A stretch of 64,000 nt of DNA from Takakia lepidozioides (taxonomy: Eukaryota > Plantae > Bryophyta): NCBI GenBank assembly GCA_030704615.1, contig CM060732.1:67890001-67954000 (forward strand), read 5' to 3'. Shown here one piece after another: positions 11,697-24,455 of this stretch. Under the pieces are notes generated by a model that saw nothing but the letters and a program-made list of their open reading frames with translations, searched no databases and was not told the origin of the DNA. Position 1 is the first letter of the stretch; the number at the start of each line of letters is the position of its first letter. Made by a program: the position numbers and the translations under genes.

Positions 11697-13204
11697 GACC
11701 CTCCACCAATTTTACCAAGAGCATATACGAGGAGTCGATGTACAAGACCAATTACGTGATTATTACAGTGTACAGTCCCGTGACCATAAGTGGTGGCATA
11801 GTTTGTACTTCCATTGTGCAGACACCAGTTTGGTGAATGGATATATCTTGTATCGGCAATTCATGGTAGCAAGGGGTCGCAAGCCTCTCTCGCATTTGCG
11901 TTTCAATCTAGATGTGACTAATGGTTTGTGTGGTGGGTCGGTTGGTCCCAGGAGAACAGTAATGGCAGGGGCGCGTATACCAAATCGAGAGGCAATCCAT
12001 TTCTCCATGAAAAATAGTCGGAGGAGAAAGTGTATCTCATTTGGTGCAAGGCAGAGGTACATCTGCTCTGTGTGTGGAGAAGTCCCTCCGTGCTTGGGAG
12101 CATGCTTTGTGAAGCATCACAACACTGACTAATCTATGTGAGCTTTGCTTTACTAACTCCGTGTTTTGTTTGCTGCTACAGAGATGAGACAGCTCTGAGG
12201 GAGGGGGTACTTTTTTCTTGTTTCTTCTTATTAGAGGGCATAGGTTGCTGAGTCGCTTGGACAGAGTACAAGTTACATAGAAAGTTGCTTGGATAGACTA
12301 CCTTGATAGGAGTAGAGTGGGCAGTAGAATGACTGACTAGGATATGGAGGTGCTGGTAAGTAGCATGTTTGCTGGCTATTATGTTTGTTTTATTGTGATT
12401 TGTCAGGAGGGAAATTCAGCACATGACATCGTGTTGTCCAATTTTGGGCCTTGTATGTAGCTTGCTGCATTTAGATAGTCCGTTCGGAGTAGCAACCTGT
12501 GATGAATATCACTATAGTCCATGCTATGTATGGTGGGCAGGGCTGTAATCTTGTTAGTTCGTAGTTGTAATGAGACAGAGTGTGATGGTTAGAAGTAGTT
12601 AGTCCCCTCACCAAGCGGGGGTGTAGACAAGGGGGGAGACACGCTCCCGCCTTGTTTGCATGTATGGGCTACCAAAGGGGCAGGTTAGTGGGTTCAAATC
12701 CCACCCATGCAATTTATGTGTAGATGTGGGTGATTTATGGGAAAGAGAGAGAGGACTAGGTGGAGAGCTCATTTGCTGGAAAACAAGAAACTGTGCATAG
12801 CTCACAAAAGAGCATTTTATACCCCCTGCACTTTGACCAAGTCCCTGCTTCTGCAAACTGATCCAATTCAGCTGTTTTTGGGCTTGTAGGAACCAGCGGG
12901 ACGTGGGGAACATGTGTTCAGGTACAACAGGCCTATTGTTTTCTGTCCCGTCATGCAAAATCCATTTTTTAGTTTTTTATTTCACAAATTTCCAAAAATG
13001 GACCCCACTTGCAACGGTGGGGTTTTCGCAGTACTTGTCTGATTGGCTCCAAAATTGGGCAGGACCTGCCAGGGGTAGGTGGCTTCATATTGTCCAGTCA
13101 TTTTTTCATGATTCATTTTTTGAAGGATTACGCTGATTTTGATTTTCTTGGCCGAGCCCTGCTTTTAGGTGAAAAGTCCACGTACGCGTGCTGTCGATTT
13201 GGGG
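11697..13204 (+). mobile_element. 3' half of a piggyBac transposon: transposase C-terminus (11698-12132) and right end GGGG|TTAA
   Basis: In-frame YQEHIRGVDVQDQLRDYYSVQSRDHKWWHSLYFHCADTSLVNGYILY (third catalytic GVDxxDQ and KWW motifs), then a Cys-rich tail (CSVCGEVPPCLGACFVKHH). The element ends ...gtcgatttGGGG followed by TTAA (13205-13208). The 5' part is cut off by the gypsy insertion. Confidence 0.85.
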
Positions 13205-13323
13205 TTAAGTTGATTTCACAATGAATTTCGCAATTTGAAAGATGAAGGTCTCGTTAAAAAATAAAAAGCACACACTGAGGTGGGTTGAGACTTGGTGATC
13301 CTGTTGTAGGCATGCGATGGAGA

Positions 13324-13370
13324 TTAGGTTTAAGGTTAGGTTTAGGGTTAGATTAGGTTTAAGCTTAGGT
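13324..13370 (+). promoter_or_regulatory. Degenerate telomere-like (TTTAGGG/telo-box) repeats upstream of the gene
   Basis: ttaggtttaaggttaggtttagggttagattaggtttaag lies ~200 bp upstream of ATG 13550. Confidence 0.4.
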
Positions 13371-13549
13371 TTTCCATTGATAAATCGGTGGGAGCTTGGG
13401 CTGTCGAGGTGTGTATTTCAGTTGATGAGTTCAAGCGAAAGTGTGTGTGTATCTCCCCCACCTCTCTCTGTCTCAGTGTACATACATGAGTGTCCTCCTG
13501 AATGGAGGATGCTGGGTGGCACCATGAGCGGCAGACGGCAAAACGATTG

Positions 13550-13660
13550 ATGGCATCCCTTGACCTTGAGGAGCAGCTTACTCATCGTAAACGCAGGTAA
13601 GGGTTAGGTTGCTTTCCCACACAATTCACTTCGAGTGGTTTTGTTCTTGAGTGTGTAAAT

Positions 13661-13712
<52 letters not shown>

Positions 13713-16700
13713 CCTTGTGGCAAGGAGCAATGATTTTATAGGTTTCCGGGGAACTTGCAGGTGGATATTGAGCAAATGGCCCGAACGTAGCAATACACAG
13801 ACCAATGAAATTCTTGATTTCACTGACAAGTATGCATCTTCTACCCACTCTTGCATTGTTTTTGCAATCATCGTGCCTCATTTAATAGTTCTTACCTTCT
13901 TATCTGGCTTACAAATTCGGTGGATCTCTTCCAGGTTTAAGCAGTATCGTCCTTTTGTTGAGAGGTCAGGGAACGCATGGAACTTACTCTTTGTCACTGG
14001 CGATTTTGACTAGCAATGTTAGTTTCAGTGGGCACAACATGTGCACCTACATGAAGGCACTCACAATGCACTAGCAGTACTGGTATTTGAATGAGAATTA
14101 CTACGTTATCAGTGTAAGCTTGCGTCTAAGCCTGTCTTGGTATGGAATACGTAGTCATTCTCTGTCTCCCCGTCCTCTCCCTCTTATATGGAGCTTACAT
14201 ATCCAGTCCTCAGCAAAATTGTGAGGATAGGGAACCTTGTATTATGCATTGCAGTAGGTATTCAGCTCAAGTCAGTTCCGATTTCTGAGGTCCTATTTGT
14301 CTGATGCTGAGCTTTGCATCAAGTTGCTGCAATGGTAACAGCTTTCCTGAAAAATATTTCTGGAAATCTGGGATGCCAAATTGAACATCATTGTAACTGC
14401 AAGTCCCACTACTGGTGCAATCCTCCGTAATAGTGGTGGCCCATTTTGCTCTCCTCTCTTCCCCTCCCCTGTCTCCTCACTCTTCTGCTTCTCTCAGCCC
14501 AAGCATGGAGGCTACAGGTACAGAAGGCATTCTCGTTAGGATCAGGAATGTCTAACGCATGAGTGGTTGGTACTTTTTCTTACAGGTATATACCTGAGTC
14601 TTTTCTTCGGGATGAAGATGAAATCGTAAGGATTGTTTTCTGTCTCTCTGTGCCCCCTCTTTCCATCTTCCTCTGCTTACCCAGTTTGTTCCTCCTTTTT
14701 TCCCCCTATCTGTGCCTCGTGTTTCTGAGCTAAGTAGCTAAACTGAAGCAAGCAAAATCTCCAAAATTACTGCTCATGGAAAACCATTACAGAATAGTGA
14801 GATTGTGAACTTAGTATCAAGTTCATACAGTATTACCGGTGCTACACATTGCTAAAGCATAACACTCAGAGGTACATGGATCAAACGAGTTGATGTGTAT
14901 TCTGGCAGTCGGTGATTGCCATCAAGGCGTTGATTCGGAGGAGTTTGGATGAGTTGGAAGTAGTGGATGAAGAGAGCCGAAGATGTGAGGACTATCATGC
15001 ACTCAAGGTACAAAACCTCTCAAACTGGGAGATGGCCAGGTCATTGCCAGTTGTTTTGGATGCTCTCAACTTCAAGGCTTTGGAATCTGTCTTGTCGACA
15101 CTTTCCGGAAGACCTCGAAAGGGTATGAGTCGTGAGTGGTTGGAGAAACGGATCAAAGCAGCTGTAGAGACCCTTCTGGAAAATTGTGCAGGGACACTAC
15201 CAGCACTTGTGACAGAGGCAATTGCTATAATGAGGGATCCAAAGGCGGCACGAAGGTATATGTCATCAGGCGATGTAATTGATATCCCACCCTCCCCTTT
15301 AGAAGCAGTACAATCAGCTCTTCAGCAGTTGGAGAATGTAACCTTGCGAACTCTGCATGCCATGTATGATCTGATATGCAGTAAATCAGCAGATCCACTC
15401 AAGTTACAGAAATCGCTAACAGGCTCCAACAAGGCACGGTTAGCAAAGTCATTAAGACTTAAAGCTGATGAGCTACTCGAAGATATTGAGGAAGGTGACC
15501 CACTGCCCGAGCCTCTGAGAAAAGCTATGGTTGCAATGAGTTTGTCAGCAAGGGAATTGAATGGAGATGATGGGAGCTTGGGGCTATTTCTTGGCCCTTT
15601 TTTGCCTGAGATGGAGGAGTTGCATGGCAGGCTACTCACAGCTCTCTTCCAGTTGAAGAAACTGAACTTTGACGAGCTGCAAACAGTATATCGTGTGGTT
15701 GTTGGGGTGCCAGGAAAGATGTATTGCAAGAAGCATCCATCCAACTTTCGGCAATCCCTGCGACGGATTCTAGTGGACTTTCTTCTCCGGTGCGAGAGCC
15801 CCACCATACCGGAGCCAATCCAGAGAGCTCTGGATGGCATAGCTGTATCTGTGGAGGAGAAACCAGAACTTGCAAAACCAAAGCACAAAGTGGGTACATG
15901 GGAGAGACGACTGAGAAGTCAAACAGATGAGAGTTTTGATGTGGAGACTGAGGCTGTATTGACAGTGAGCAGTCATTTGCAGCAAATAGGGAGAGATCAA
16001 GAGGATGAGGGAGGAAGGCAACAAAAAGTAAAACGAGAAACAGAAATCTGTGGACTTGTGATAAGAGTTGGTGATGAAGCTGGAAATGGAGAAATAGGTC
16101 AAAATGAAAACAATTGGATCAAGGGGAAGAGAGGCGGGGGAGGAGAGAGTGAAGGAGAGGAAGAGAGGAACAGTGAAGAATTGGTCAGAGTAGCTGATGA
16201 AGCTGCAGCTCTCTCTTATGTGCTGCTGGGGCGAGCTATGGAGGAAATTTCTGGACGAACAATGTTACCAAAGCCTATTCAGAAGTACCTCCTTTGTGGT
16301 GTCGAACAATGTGCCGAAGGCCAAGGTCTGTGTCTCTATCTGTCTCCTGTCTCCCTCATGTTCCAAATTGAGCCAAAATGCCCTAGCTTGAGGACCTTTT
16401 CAGAATTCTGCAAAGTGCCAGCAAGGGAGTAAGTACAATCTCATATTGACTCTGTAAATTTGTCAGCCTGCAAGCAGGTCCTGCGACTGCTCCCTCTCTC
16501 ACACACACATCCACACATGGGCACCAATTTCCTGTGACTTGCCAAAATTTTGTAGTATGTTTGGGCTTCGGATCGCCCTGAGGGGTTTACTGCACAAGGC
16601 CCTTGAGGAGACCCTGGCTCCTGCAGAGGGCTGAAGCCCAACGAGTGTCAGATGCAAAGCTCCGCACGTCATTAAGATCATATTAGCATATTCCCCTGGA

Positions 16701-17659
16701 AGAGAAGGAGCAAAACCCATTGAAGAATATTCTACATTATAGCCCGGTTATACCTTGGTCCCTTGGGTTTTCGCACCTAGGTGTCAGCCCTTTCGGGGAT
16801 CGTGGACCTGAGTTGGGGCGCTAAGTTGACCCGCTCGGGCTTATTTTGTTGCCCTTCTTCACTTACGCCATATTGTTGGATCTGAAAGATTATATTGTTG
16901 GGGTGTTTCGTCTTAGCAGTGCACTGGCTCTGAAAGATACAAATCAGGATGAGTCTACCCTGGTAGTCTGAAATTCAAGAACTTGGCTCCAGGAGGTTCA
17001 GTTTTCCATGCAAATGTACTCACTCTCACACACTTTTCTGGATATCTTGCAGAAGAACGATTTGATAATGAACAGGATCTAGGCAAGCCCTTTGAGGAGG
17101 CAGCTGTGATTGTCAGCATTGCTGAGAAGCTGCCAATCATGTCTGCAAGGTCTCGCTCTCTCTCGCCTCCCCTGCACCTCCGTTCACCAACTTCTTAAAT
17201 CTTGAGGATGAGCCTAGAGTCCTGGCCCTGTTGGGGACTGATTGCTGGGCAGCTCACACACAGCAGATTGATGCTTGTGTGAAGGGCTTTCTAGAGGAAA
17301 TCTAGAAAGCCCGAATTAATTGTTTGTATCAAGGTAAGTCCCACTACTGGAGTGAGCCCTCACAAAGGTAGTGTCTGTCCCCTGTTGTTCCGCCCAAATT
17401 TGGCACGGGGTCTATGGCCACAAGGCTACAGCAAAGAACATCTTATGAGTACAGCCTCTCTCACACACACAGTGCTATAGCAGTATTTGAGCAACCAGGA
17501 GAAAGTGATTATGGATTAAAACATGGCTGGGAGTGGAGGGGTCCTCATGCTGGGGTGGATTTGGGGTAACCATAAGTGAACCTGGGTATGGTCTTCCTGA
17601 TTCTGCACTTGCTTGACAGGGCTGTGAAGAAGGTGAAGGAGCGCTTAGGATTGTGCTGA
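13550..17659 (+). CDS. Conserved uncharacterised plant protein (AT5G40520-like); exons 13550-13596, 13761-13829, 14586-14625, 14909-16325, 17053-17149, 17620-17659
   Basis: GT-AG exons join in frame: MASLDLEEQLTHRKRRWILSK...YIPESFLRDEDEI / large helical exon / ERFDNEQ...AEKLPIMSAR / AVKKVKERLGLC*. The KRRWxL and PESxLRxxD motifs are recalled from this family. Confidence 0.75.
13664..13710 (+). repeat. (GA)n microsatellite
   Basis: Perfect dinucleotide run in intron 1. Confidence 0.95.
17195..17452 (+). mobile_element. 5'-truncated 3' end of LINE family A (intronic)
   Basis: Matches the family 3' end 'cacacagcagattgatgcttgtgtgaaggg...ggccacaaggctac...cttatgagtaca' and is followed by ctctctcacacac. 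Confidence 0.85.
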
Positions 17660-20465
17660 TGCCCTTTCTATTAAGCAGGTCATTTGACTCTGTGTCTCTC
17701 TCTTCATATTTGTACTGGGATAGACCTCCTGGCAGGGTTCTTCTTTCAAACCCATGCCTATCGATTCATCTGTCACCTGAATCTGACCACATTAGACTTC
17801 TTACATTGCTAAAGCTGTCTCTGATTAGGAAGACATTACCCATCACTTCATGATTCTGGGACTCTTTCGCAGTCTCAGTGAGCTGCAATGCGTCAGCCGT
17901 AGGCTATTTTCGTGCTGCGTTATGTGAAAGGAATCGATGCAGCTGGCTTAAGGATGAAGCATTAGTCTCAGTAAAGGACCATGATTGATGTCGCTTAGTA
18001 TGTGAAGTAGGCCCAGTCTGCATATGGTATTTTGTTTTAACACCTGGTGGTCCCATTATTGATTACATTCTCTTGTTCCTGATGATGTTGGCGAATGTGA
18101 CAGGATCATGATACATGGTCTACAGCAGGCATCTTATAAAAGCTTGGCTTTCTGCTTGCAAATGGTGAGTTGGGTCTTGCGTGCTGGTAGGTGGGTATCT
18201 TGGGACTTTCTGGGTTTTGATAAGTGTACGATCAATGTATTTTGGGTGTTATCAGTCTTTGTGAAAGCATTCAAAGCTATCTGCTAGGAAAGGAGGTTTA
18301 CGCATTTTGCAGTATTGTTTGCCTGCTTACAGGCTGTTCAGTCCTGGCTATCGAAGTCAGAATGTTGCATGGCTGGGGATGTGACACAGGTGGAGAGTGC
18401 GGATTTGGTGGAAGCTATAAGGACAGTGGTGGTGCTGACGTATAACTTCTAAGCTCTCTCTTATTTGAAACCTGTTTGGCATTCTAGTCAATGATGTGTT
18501 CAAGCAATCATGTTGTCACTTTCTTCACTGTTATTCATGCAACTTCCTTTGGGACATGTAGGTGGCTGTCTCGATGGCGTCTAAGAATGCATTTTACAAG
18601 AAGTTCGTCATACAAGTGGCCCCACTAGAGTTCTGCCAGAACTTTGCAGCACGATTCCGCACAATAGGATCCTCCTCAAGTACAATCTTCCACAGTAAGA
18701 CACGAGCCTATCAGGCCATGGACAATGGCTTTTTGATTCAGTCAACGCACATTTGTTGTTGATGTCTTGTCGATTTAGACCCATGACGGCCATGCGGTGA
18801 GCCTTTCGCACACCACTGTTTGGGAAATGCAGTTATAAGGTGGCTGTTGAAACTCATCCAAGCAAGAATTGGGGGAGACATGTATTATAGTAGACAAATA
18901 TACCTGATACTGAGCTGTCTTTCCATCCCCTGTTCTTCCAGTATGTTCAGATAGGCTAAGTCCAGATGCCTGGAATGGTTAGTAGGAATGATGATAGGAG
19001 CGAACCGAATGAAATGCATGCATTGTGCAAACAGTTCATGTGATTTGTCTCATGAGTTGGGTGGTAACCACTTCTCAAGGATTCTCTCTCTTTGTTGGAC
19101 GAGGCACAGGAGAAGATTGTGCAGTCCTGGGAATGTCGAGAATGTCGAGAATGTCCAGAATGGATTTGCACTTGCCAAGCCTTTTACCTGCTCAAGTTAT
19201 TCTGAAGAGATTATATCCTCCGACACTGTTGTTGTTGCCTCCACTGAGATTGGGTGGGTGCTTGGATTGGTGCAGACTGGTTTCAAGCATAATGAGGGCA
19301 ACCAAAAACTGTTGGATGGGATCGGTAGGTCTGTTCAACTCCAATGTTTCAATGGCTGACTAGCAAGTGTGGTGGCTGATGTGGTGGGAGATATGCAACT
19401 TGATCATGGGAGACAATACAATGCTTCTTATCTAGTATTTCCCTTACTGGAAGGTCAGTTCATTGCAAGGGACATTAATTTCTCCATACCTTCTGCCCTT
19501 GCGAATCACTGGATGTGTTAGGATTATGAACGTTACGATTTTGCAGCCCACAAGGTTTTCGAGCAAATTATGGACGTTCTGAATGTAGCCCATCTATCTG
19601 GACGTTGTTCTCAGAAGTCGACGCACTATAGCAACGCGAAGCCCTAGTCATGAGGCTTTCAGGAAGGTTGGTTTGGTAGCAATGCCCATCTGAGATTCTC
19701 CACAATGCTGCATAAATTGTTCGCTTCTGACTGTTGTGACACATGACCTTCCTCTGGGTCCTCTTCGAAGCGGCATACACGAGCCTCTGCATACAGTTTT
19801 CCTGGCCTGCACAAGTAACCTTTGTCTGGAGTACAGTGTCTATCTTCCGAGCAAATACACTAGCCCTCGACAGCACAAAAATCTCTGACAGTCGACATGC
19901 TTTGTGCTCCCATCAGCAGATCTGAAATTTAGAGTAACCCTACGTCACATAGCTTCCTCACATGCCCATAAGTGCCAGAAGAGGCATTCTGGATTCCCTC
20001 TCTTGGTCCTCATTTAAAGAAGCTGTGGTGATGGGCAAGGTGCCAAGGTGTCTCATTTTATGAACTATGCTGCTGTTGCTGCTCCAGTTGGCCATCTATC
20101 CATGCAGGCTTCCTGTAGCTATCGATCCACAGGAATCCTAGGTAGTCTTCTGCTTGTAGTCCGACCCTCTTGGATGTATCGATCCTTGACTTGCTCCTAA
20201 CAGCTAACAGTGATATTCTTTCAAGCAAACACACCAAACCCTACTTCTCACGCACTAGTTCCTATCCTGAATTTTATCCCAAGACTTCAGAAATGACGAA
20301 GTGTTTCTTGTTACACCTAATTTGAATAACAGAAATGAAGGCTTCAGTCGATTGATCTGCAAACCAATGCTGTGGCTCTATTCAAGAGTTGGGCGGTTAT
20401 TTATATTTTTTGCTAGCAGGCGGTTGCGGTTACATTGGAACTCAATATTGTGCATCTCAATATTG

Positions 20466-20679
20466 TGCATCGGCTGGTAGCTCAGCTGGTTGTGTCGCCA
20501 TGGTGATTCGGGGTTCAAACCTGCTGCCCTGCCCCGTGTGTGGGATTGTTCGCGACGGTATGTCTGGGCGTTGATCGTCCTGTAGGCCTCATGGCCCATA
20601 AATGAAAGGGGGTTAATTTTTCCCCCTCCTCAAGGGCCTGAATTGTGGGCTGTCGCCCCCAGGTTCCCTTTAAAAAAAA
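20466..20679 (+). mobile_element. tRNA-derived SINE
   Basis: A box TAGCTCAGCTGG (20478-20489), B box GGTTCAAACC (20512-20521) and A8 tail. TSD AACTCAATATTG at 20439-20450 and 20678-20689. Confidence 0.8.
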
Positions 20680-20954
20680 CTCAATATTGAATTTACCTAA
20701 GTAGGCCGGTTATTTCAATTTTCTAATAACCTGCCGGTTGCGGTTAAGAGTGACATGTTTTTTTGGCCGGGTATCCATAAATCCGGTTATCATTTTTGCA
20801 ATTGAGGGTTATACAACTGGTTATGTACATTTATTATTTATTTAAAAAGCAATATAGAATTATAGCTGGAAACTTGTGTCATGGTTTTATTTGTGATTAG
20901 TTAGAAATAGTTATTTCTAATTAATAAGGACATTATACATTTATATTTGTATTT

Positions 20955-23900
20955 TGTTGGCATTGGGACTTCATTTGGTTTCATGTGCCAAGTGAGGTGA
21001 CGAACCTCACTACGTGGGGAGGTTATCTCCACGTGAGACGTAGGCAGGCTCGTCTTCTTCTAGTCGAGCCTCCCGATGCCGTTCTCTCGCCGCCATGGCT
21101 CTAGTACTTGGGATGGAGAGTGGGTGAAGTCTGTATGGTGGAGTCTTTTTAGCAAATGTGCTATTGGCTTTACTTATATAACGTGATAGAGTGGTTTCTC
21201 CTCTTTTCACCATTTTCGTATCACTAGAAGAAGACCTGCTTACATCTATGAGTGCAAGGTGTTAGCATAGTTAGCACTTGTGTGTGGAAGAAAGCTTGAT
21301 AGATAGCTCTTAAGTTACAAGTTGTTGCAGGGTTTACAAGAAGAAAGCCTTGTGGTGTTTATGTACAAGAGGAGGTCTTCAAGGAGAGCCCCATTGAAAA
21401 GTTTGAGAGCTTGTGAAGAAGCTCTTGTTTTGCAAGTGTTGCAGGGTTTGAGGAGTTCAAAAAGAGCTCGGGTGTTAAGGAAGCAAGCGGTGCATGTGTC
21501 GAGCATGGTTTCAGCTTGTGAGAGTCTTCAATTTCAAGCTTAGGAGAGCTATGGGTGGAGGTATACATCTGATTTCTCTTTGGGGCAGAATAGTGTATTT
21601 GTAGAGCATGCTTTGAGTTGGGGTTTCAATCCCAAGCTTGGGAAGAGCATGTCTATGGAAGTGACAAGCGCAGGGCTGGATTAGGAGCTCTAAGATGTGC
21701 ACTATGGCCATAGAAGGAAGCACTAGAAGTGCATACGATGGCTAGAAGAGGGTATGCCATAGAAAGTTCAATAACTTGTTCTATGCTTGTTTCAATAAGT
21801 TTTATAGAGAAAGAGAGCTTGTTGTGTGGCAAATAGTTTGCTCAGGGGGTTAGAGGCACTCTTGGTGGTCTATTGATGCTCAAGAAACCAAGAACAACAC
21901 CTCTGGTTGCTCCATAGAAGCCATAGCTCGTTGCAGCAATCGCAGAGGCAAAGCGACGCAAACCTTAGCTTGGGAACGCGTGGGAACGTTTGGGAACTCA
22001 TTGGGAATGCGCGAGAACGCTTGGGAACGCATGGGAACGCATGGGAACGCGTGGGAACATTGCCCCGGAGTTGGAAGCACCACCATTGTCCCATCGGATG
22101 AACTATTGAGCCAGTGGATGAAAATCGACGCTCTTGGATGAGAATCGGTTGCAGTGGATGAAACTACGCCAGCGGATGAACTATCGCGCTATCGGATGAA
22201 AAATTAATACGACGGATGACACTGCGCTAGCAGATGAAATCTTGTCAGTGGATGAACTATCGTGCTATCCGATGAAAAATCGTGGCGATGGATGAAACTT
22301 CATCAGCGGATGAAATCGTGGCAGCAGATGAACTATCGTGCCATTGGATGAAAAATCACGGCGATGGATGGAACTGCGCCAGCGGATGAAATATCGCACC
22401 GACGGATGAACTATCGCGGTAGATGAAATATCGGACCCACGGATGAGAAATCGCGGTTCTGGATGAGATTTGGTCAGTGACGGATGAAAAATCGACTAAC
22501 TGTGGATACTTTTGGAGCCTTATGGGGGCTTGTTTGAGGACTATTTGGGGTCTATTGAAGCCAATATCTTGCAGGCTTGTGGAGCCTGCTTAGGGCTGTT
22601 TGAAGGACTATTTGGGGTCATTTGAGGCCAATGTTTTGCAGGCCTATGGAGCCTTGGGAAGGCTGGTTGGAGCACGATTGGAGGTCCTTGGAGGCCCATA
22701 TTGGGCAGACTTATGGAACTTTTTAGGAACTCTTTGGGGGACTATTGGAGGTCCTTGGAGGCCAATACTTGGCAGATTTGTGGAGCTTCTTAAGGGCTGT
22801 TTCGAGGACTATTGTGAGGTCTTTGGAGGCCATATTGGGCACGCTTGTGGAGCCATTGTGAGGGCTGATTGGAGACCTTGGAGACCACTAATTGGTGGGC
22901 GCCTAGGGCCTTTGGGTGGACTGTTTAGAGTCCAAGTTTGCGAACTTCTTGAACCTCGGTGGGTCTATGTGAGGGGCTGATTGAGGGCAGATTTCAGAAG
23001 TTCATGGCAATAATTTGAGGACTCTTGAGAGTTATTTGAAAGGTTCTTTAAGGATAGCATTGTTTATTGCTCGAGCAAGAGTGAGTGTGAAGATTAGGGG
23101 GGTAATGGGATGAGAGCATTTTGGGTTTAGAGATTGCTTTAGCTTCTTTTATCTATATTCTTCCATCATTTTTGTAGGCCAAAGCTTTTCCGTAAGCGGA
23201 GGCAGAGCTAGTTTGGATAGAGACTTGGCCATCTTGCAGGTTTATTGAAGCCGCAAGGAGATCGATTGATTTAAGCTGTGGAAGATGTTGTTGTTTGAGT
23301 TTCATGTGTTTAGATCCTCCTCCCACACATGTATGTTTGACTGTGCGCCATGCTAGTTTGATTTGGGCGCTTGCTTTTATAGATGGTTGTGCCGGAAATA
23401 TTGTGGCCGACCAATCCTAGAGCGTGCTGTCAGTGGTGAGGTTGGGGTGATGACCAGCAGACCATCATTGTTTATCTTATGGTGAGGCTGGGTTGATGAC
23501 CAGTAGACCATAGGAGTGCCTGCGGTGGATGTAGGTGCAGGTGCAGGTTCAGAACATGAACCTAGTATTCCAAACCATAAGCCGCAACAGGTTCTCTACG
23601 CGGTTATCTTGTGGAAATGGGGCTTAGAGACAAATTGATAGCCGGTTTGAGTATGAGTTTTCATCATGGAGGTGCCACCAGTTACTAAGGAGAGTGTCGG
23701 TACGAGCACCAGCGATACTAGTGGGTGTACAAGATGAGGTGTGCGGTTTAGGCCACCTTCACCTTCAGTGTCTTCTAAGGAAGGTTCAGACTCAGAGTTA
23801 GGAGGATTCTCGCCGAGGGTGCAAGCCATTTCCGTGCCATTGATGTGGGATACGATGGAGGAAATGTATGGAGCTACCAAGGGGCCACGTCGGTACTCGG

Positions 23901-24455
23901 GAGCTGTGGGCACCATCGAGCTTGATGATTTCATACAGGAGTTTGATAGTTGGTGTGATTTGCAGCAGATGCGCAATCCACAACTGTTCACGCCTTTTAT
24001 GGCGTGGAAGGGGCTGTTTCAGCACCTTGAGGGGCCGCATATGGATGACTACCATGAGTTTAGGCGGGGAAATGAGGTGGAGATTGAGGAGTGGCGACAA
24101 TATTGGTTACCTGACTATATCTCCATCACTAGAGGCACAAGGGTAGCGGCGACACCAGCAACTACACCAACATCCCCAACTGCAAGCACTAGTAGTGGGA
24201 CAAGTAAAGATGGAGCTGGGAAATCCACTTAAGCTCCTGCTGCAGCACCAGCACCCGTGCCTGCCTTTAACCCAGTTGTGGAGTTCTTCGAGGAGTTAAG
24301 AATAAACTACCAGGGAATAAAGACAGAGAAGTTGCGGAGCTTGCAAGAGTTCCAGCGGAGGCCTACTGAGAGTTTGAGGGAGGCTTACACGCGCATGAGG
24401 CGATTGATAAATGTGACCCAAGGGGTTATGGAAGCTCAAGCAGTCCAATTCTGGT
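20955..24455 (+). mobile_element. 5' part of an LTR retrotransposon: ~2.6-kb LTR (20955-23589) and truncated gag
   Basis: The LTR is bounded by TGTTG...CAACA. A gag-like ORF follows (PRRYSGAVGTIELDDFIQEFDSWC...LQEFQRRPTESLREAYTRMRRL) with an in-frame stop and is truncated at the MITE junction. Confidence 0.7.
21970..22510 (+). repeat. TGGGAACGC and GGATGAA minisatellites inside the LTR
   Basis: Tandem tgggaacgc units at 21970-22060 are followed by about 20 ggatgaa-containing units up to 22510. Confidence 0.9.

Noticed and set aside
11549-11767. A 219-bp LTR ending at TATTACA (11767)
   Set aside because: 11697-11767 encodes the piggyBac YQEHIRGVDVQDQLRDYY motif in frame with the downstream ORF, so the LTR ends at CAACA (11696).
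18200-20000. Short ORFs suggesting a gene or pseudogene
   Set aside because: No recognisable motifs and no consistent exon chain.
20470-20530. Functional tRNA gene
   Set aside because: There is no complete cloverleaf. The A/B boxes continue into an unrelated body with an A-tail and TSD, which indicates a SINE.
21970-22510. CRISPR-like repeat-spacer appearance of the GGATGAA array
   Set aside because: The units are short and degenerate, the spacers resemble each other, the array lies inside a eukaryotic LTR, and there are no cas genes.
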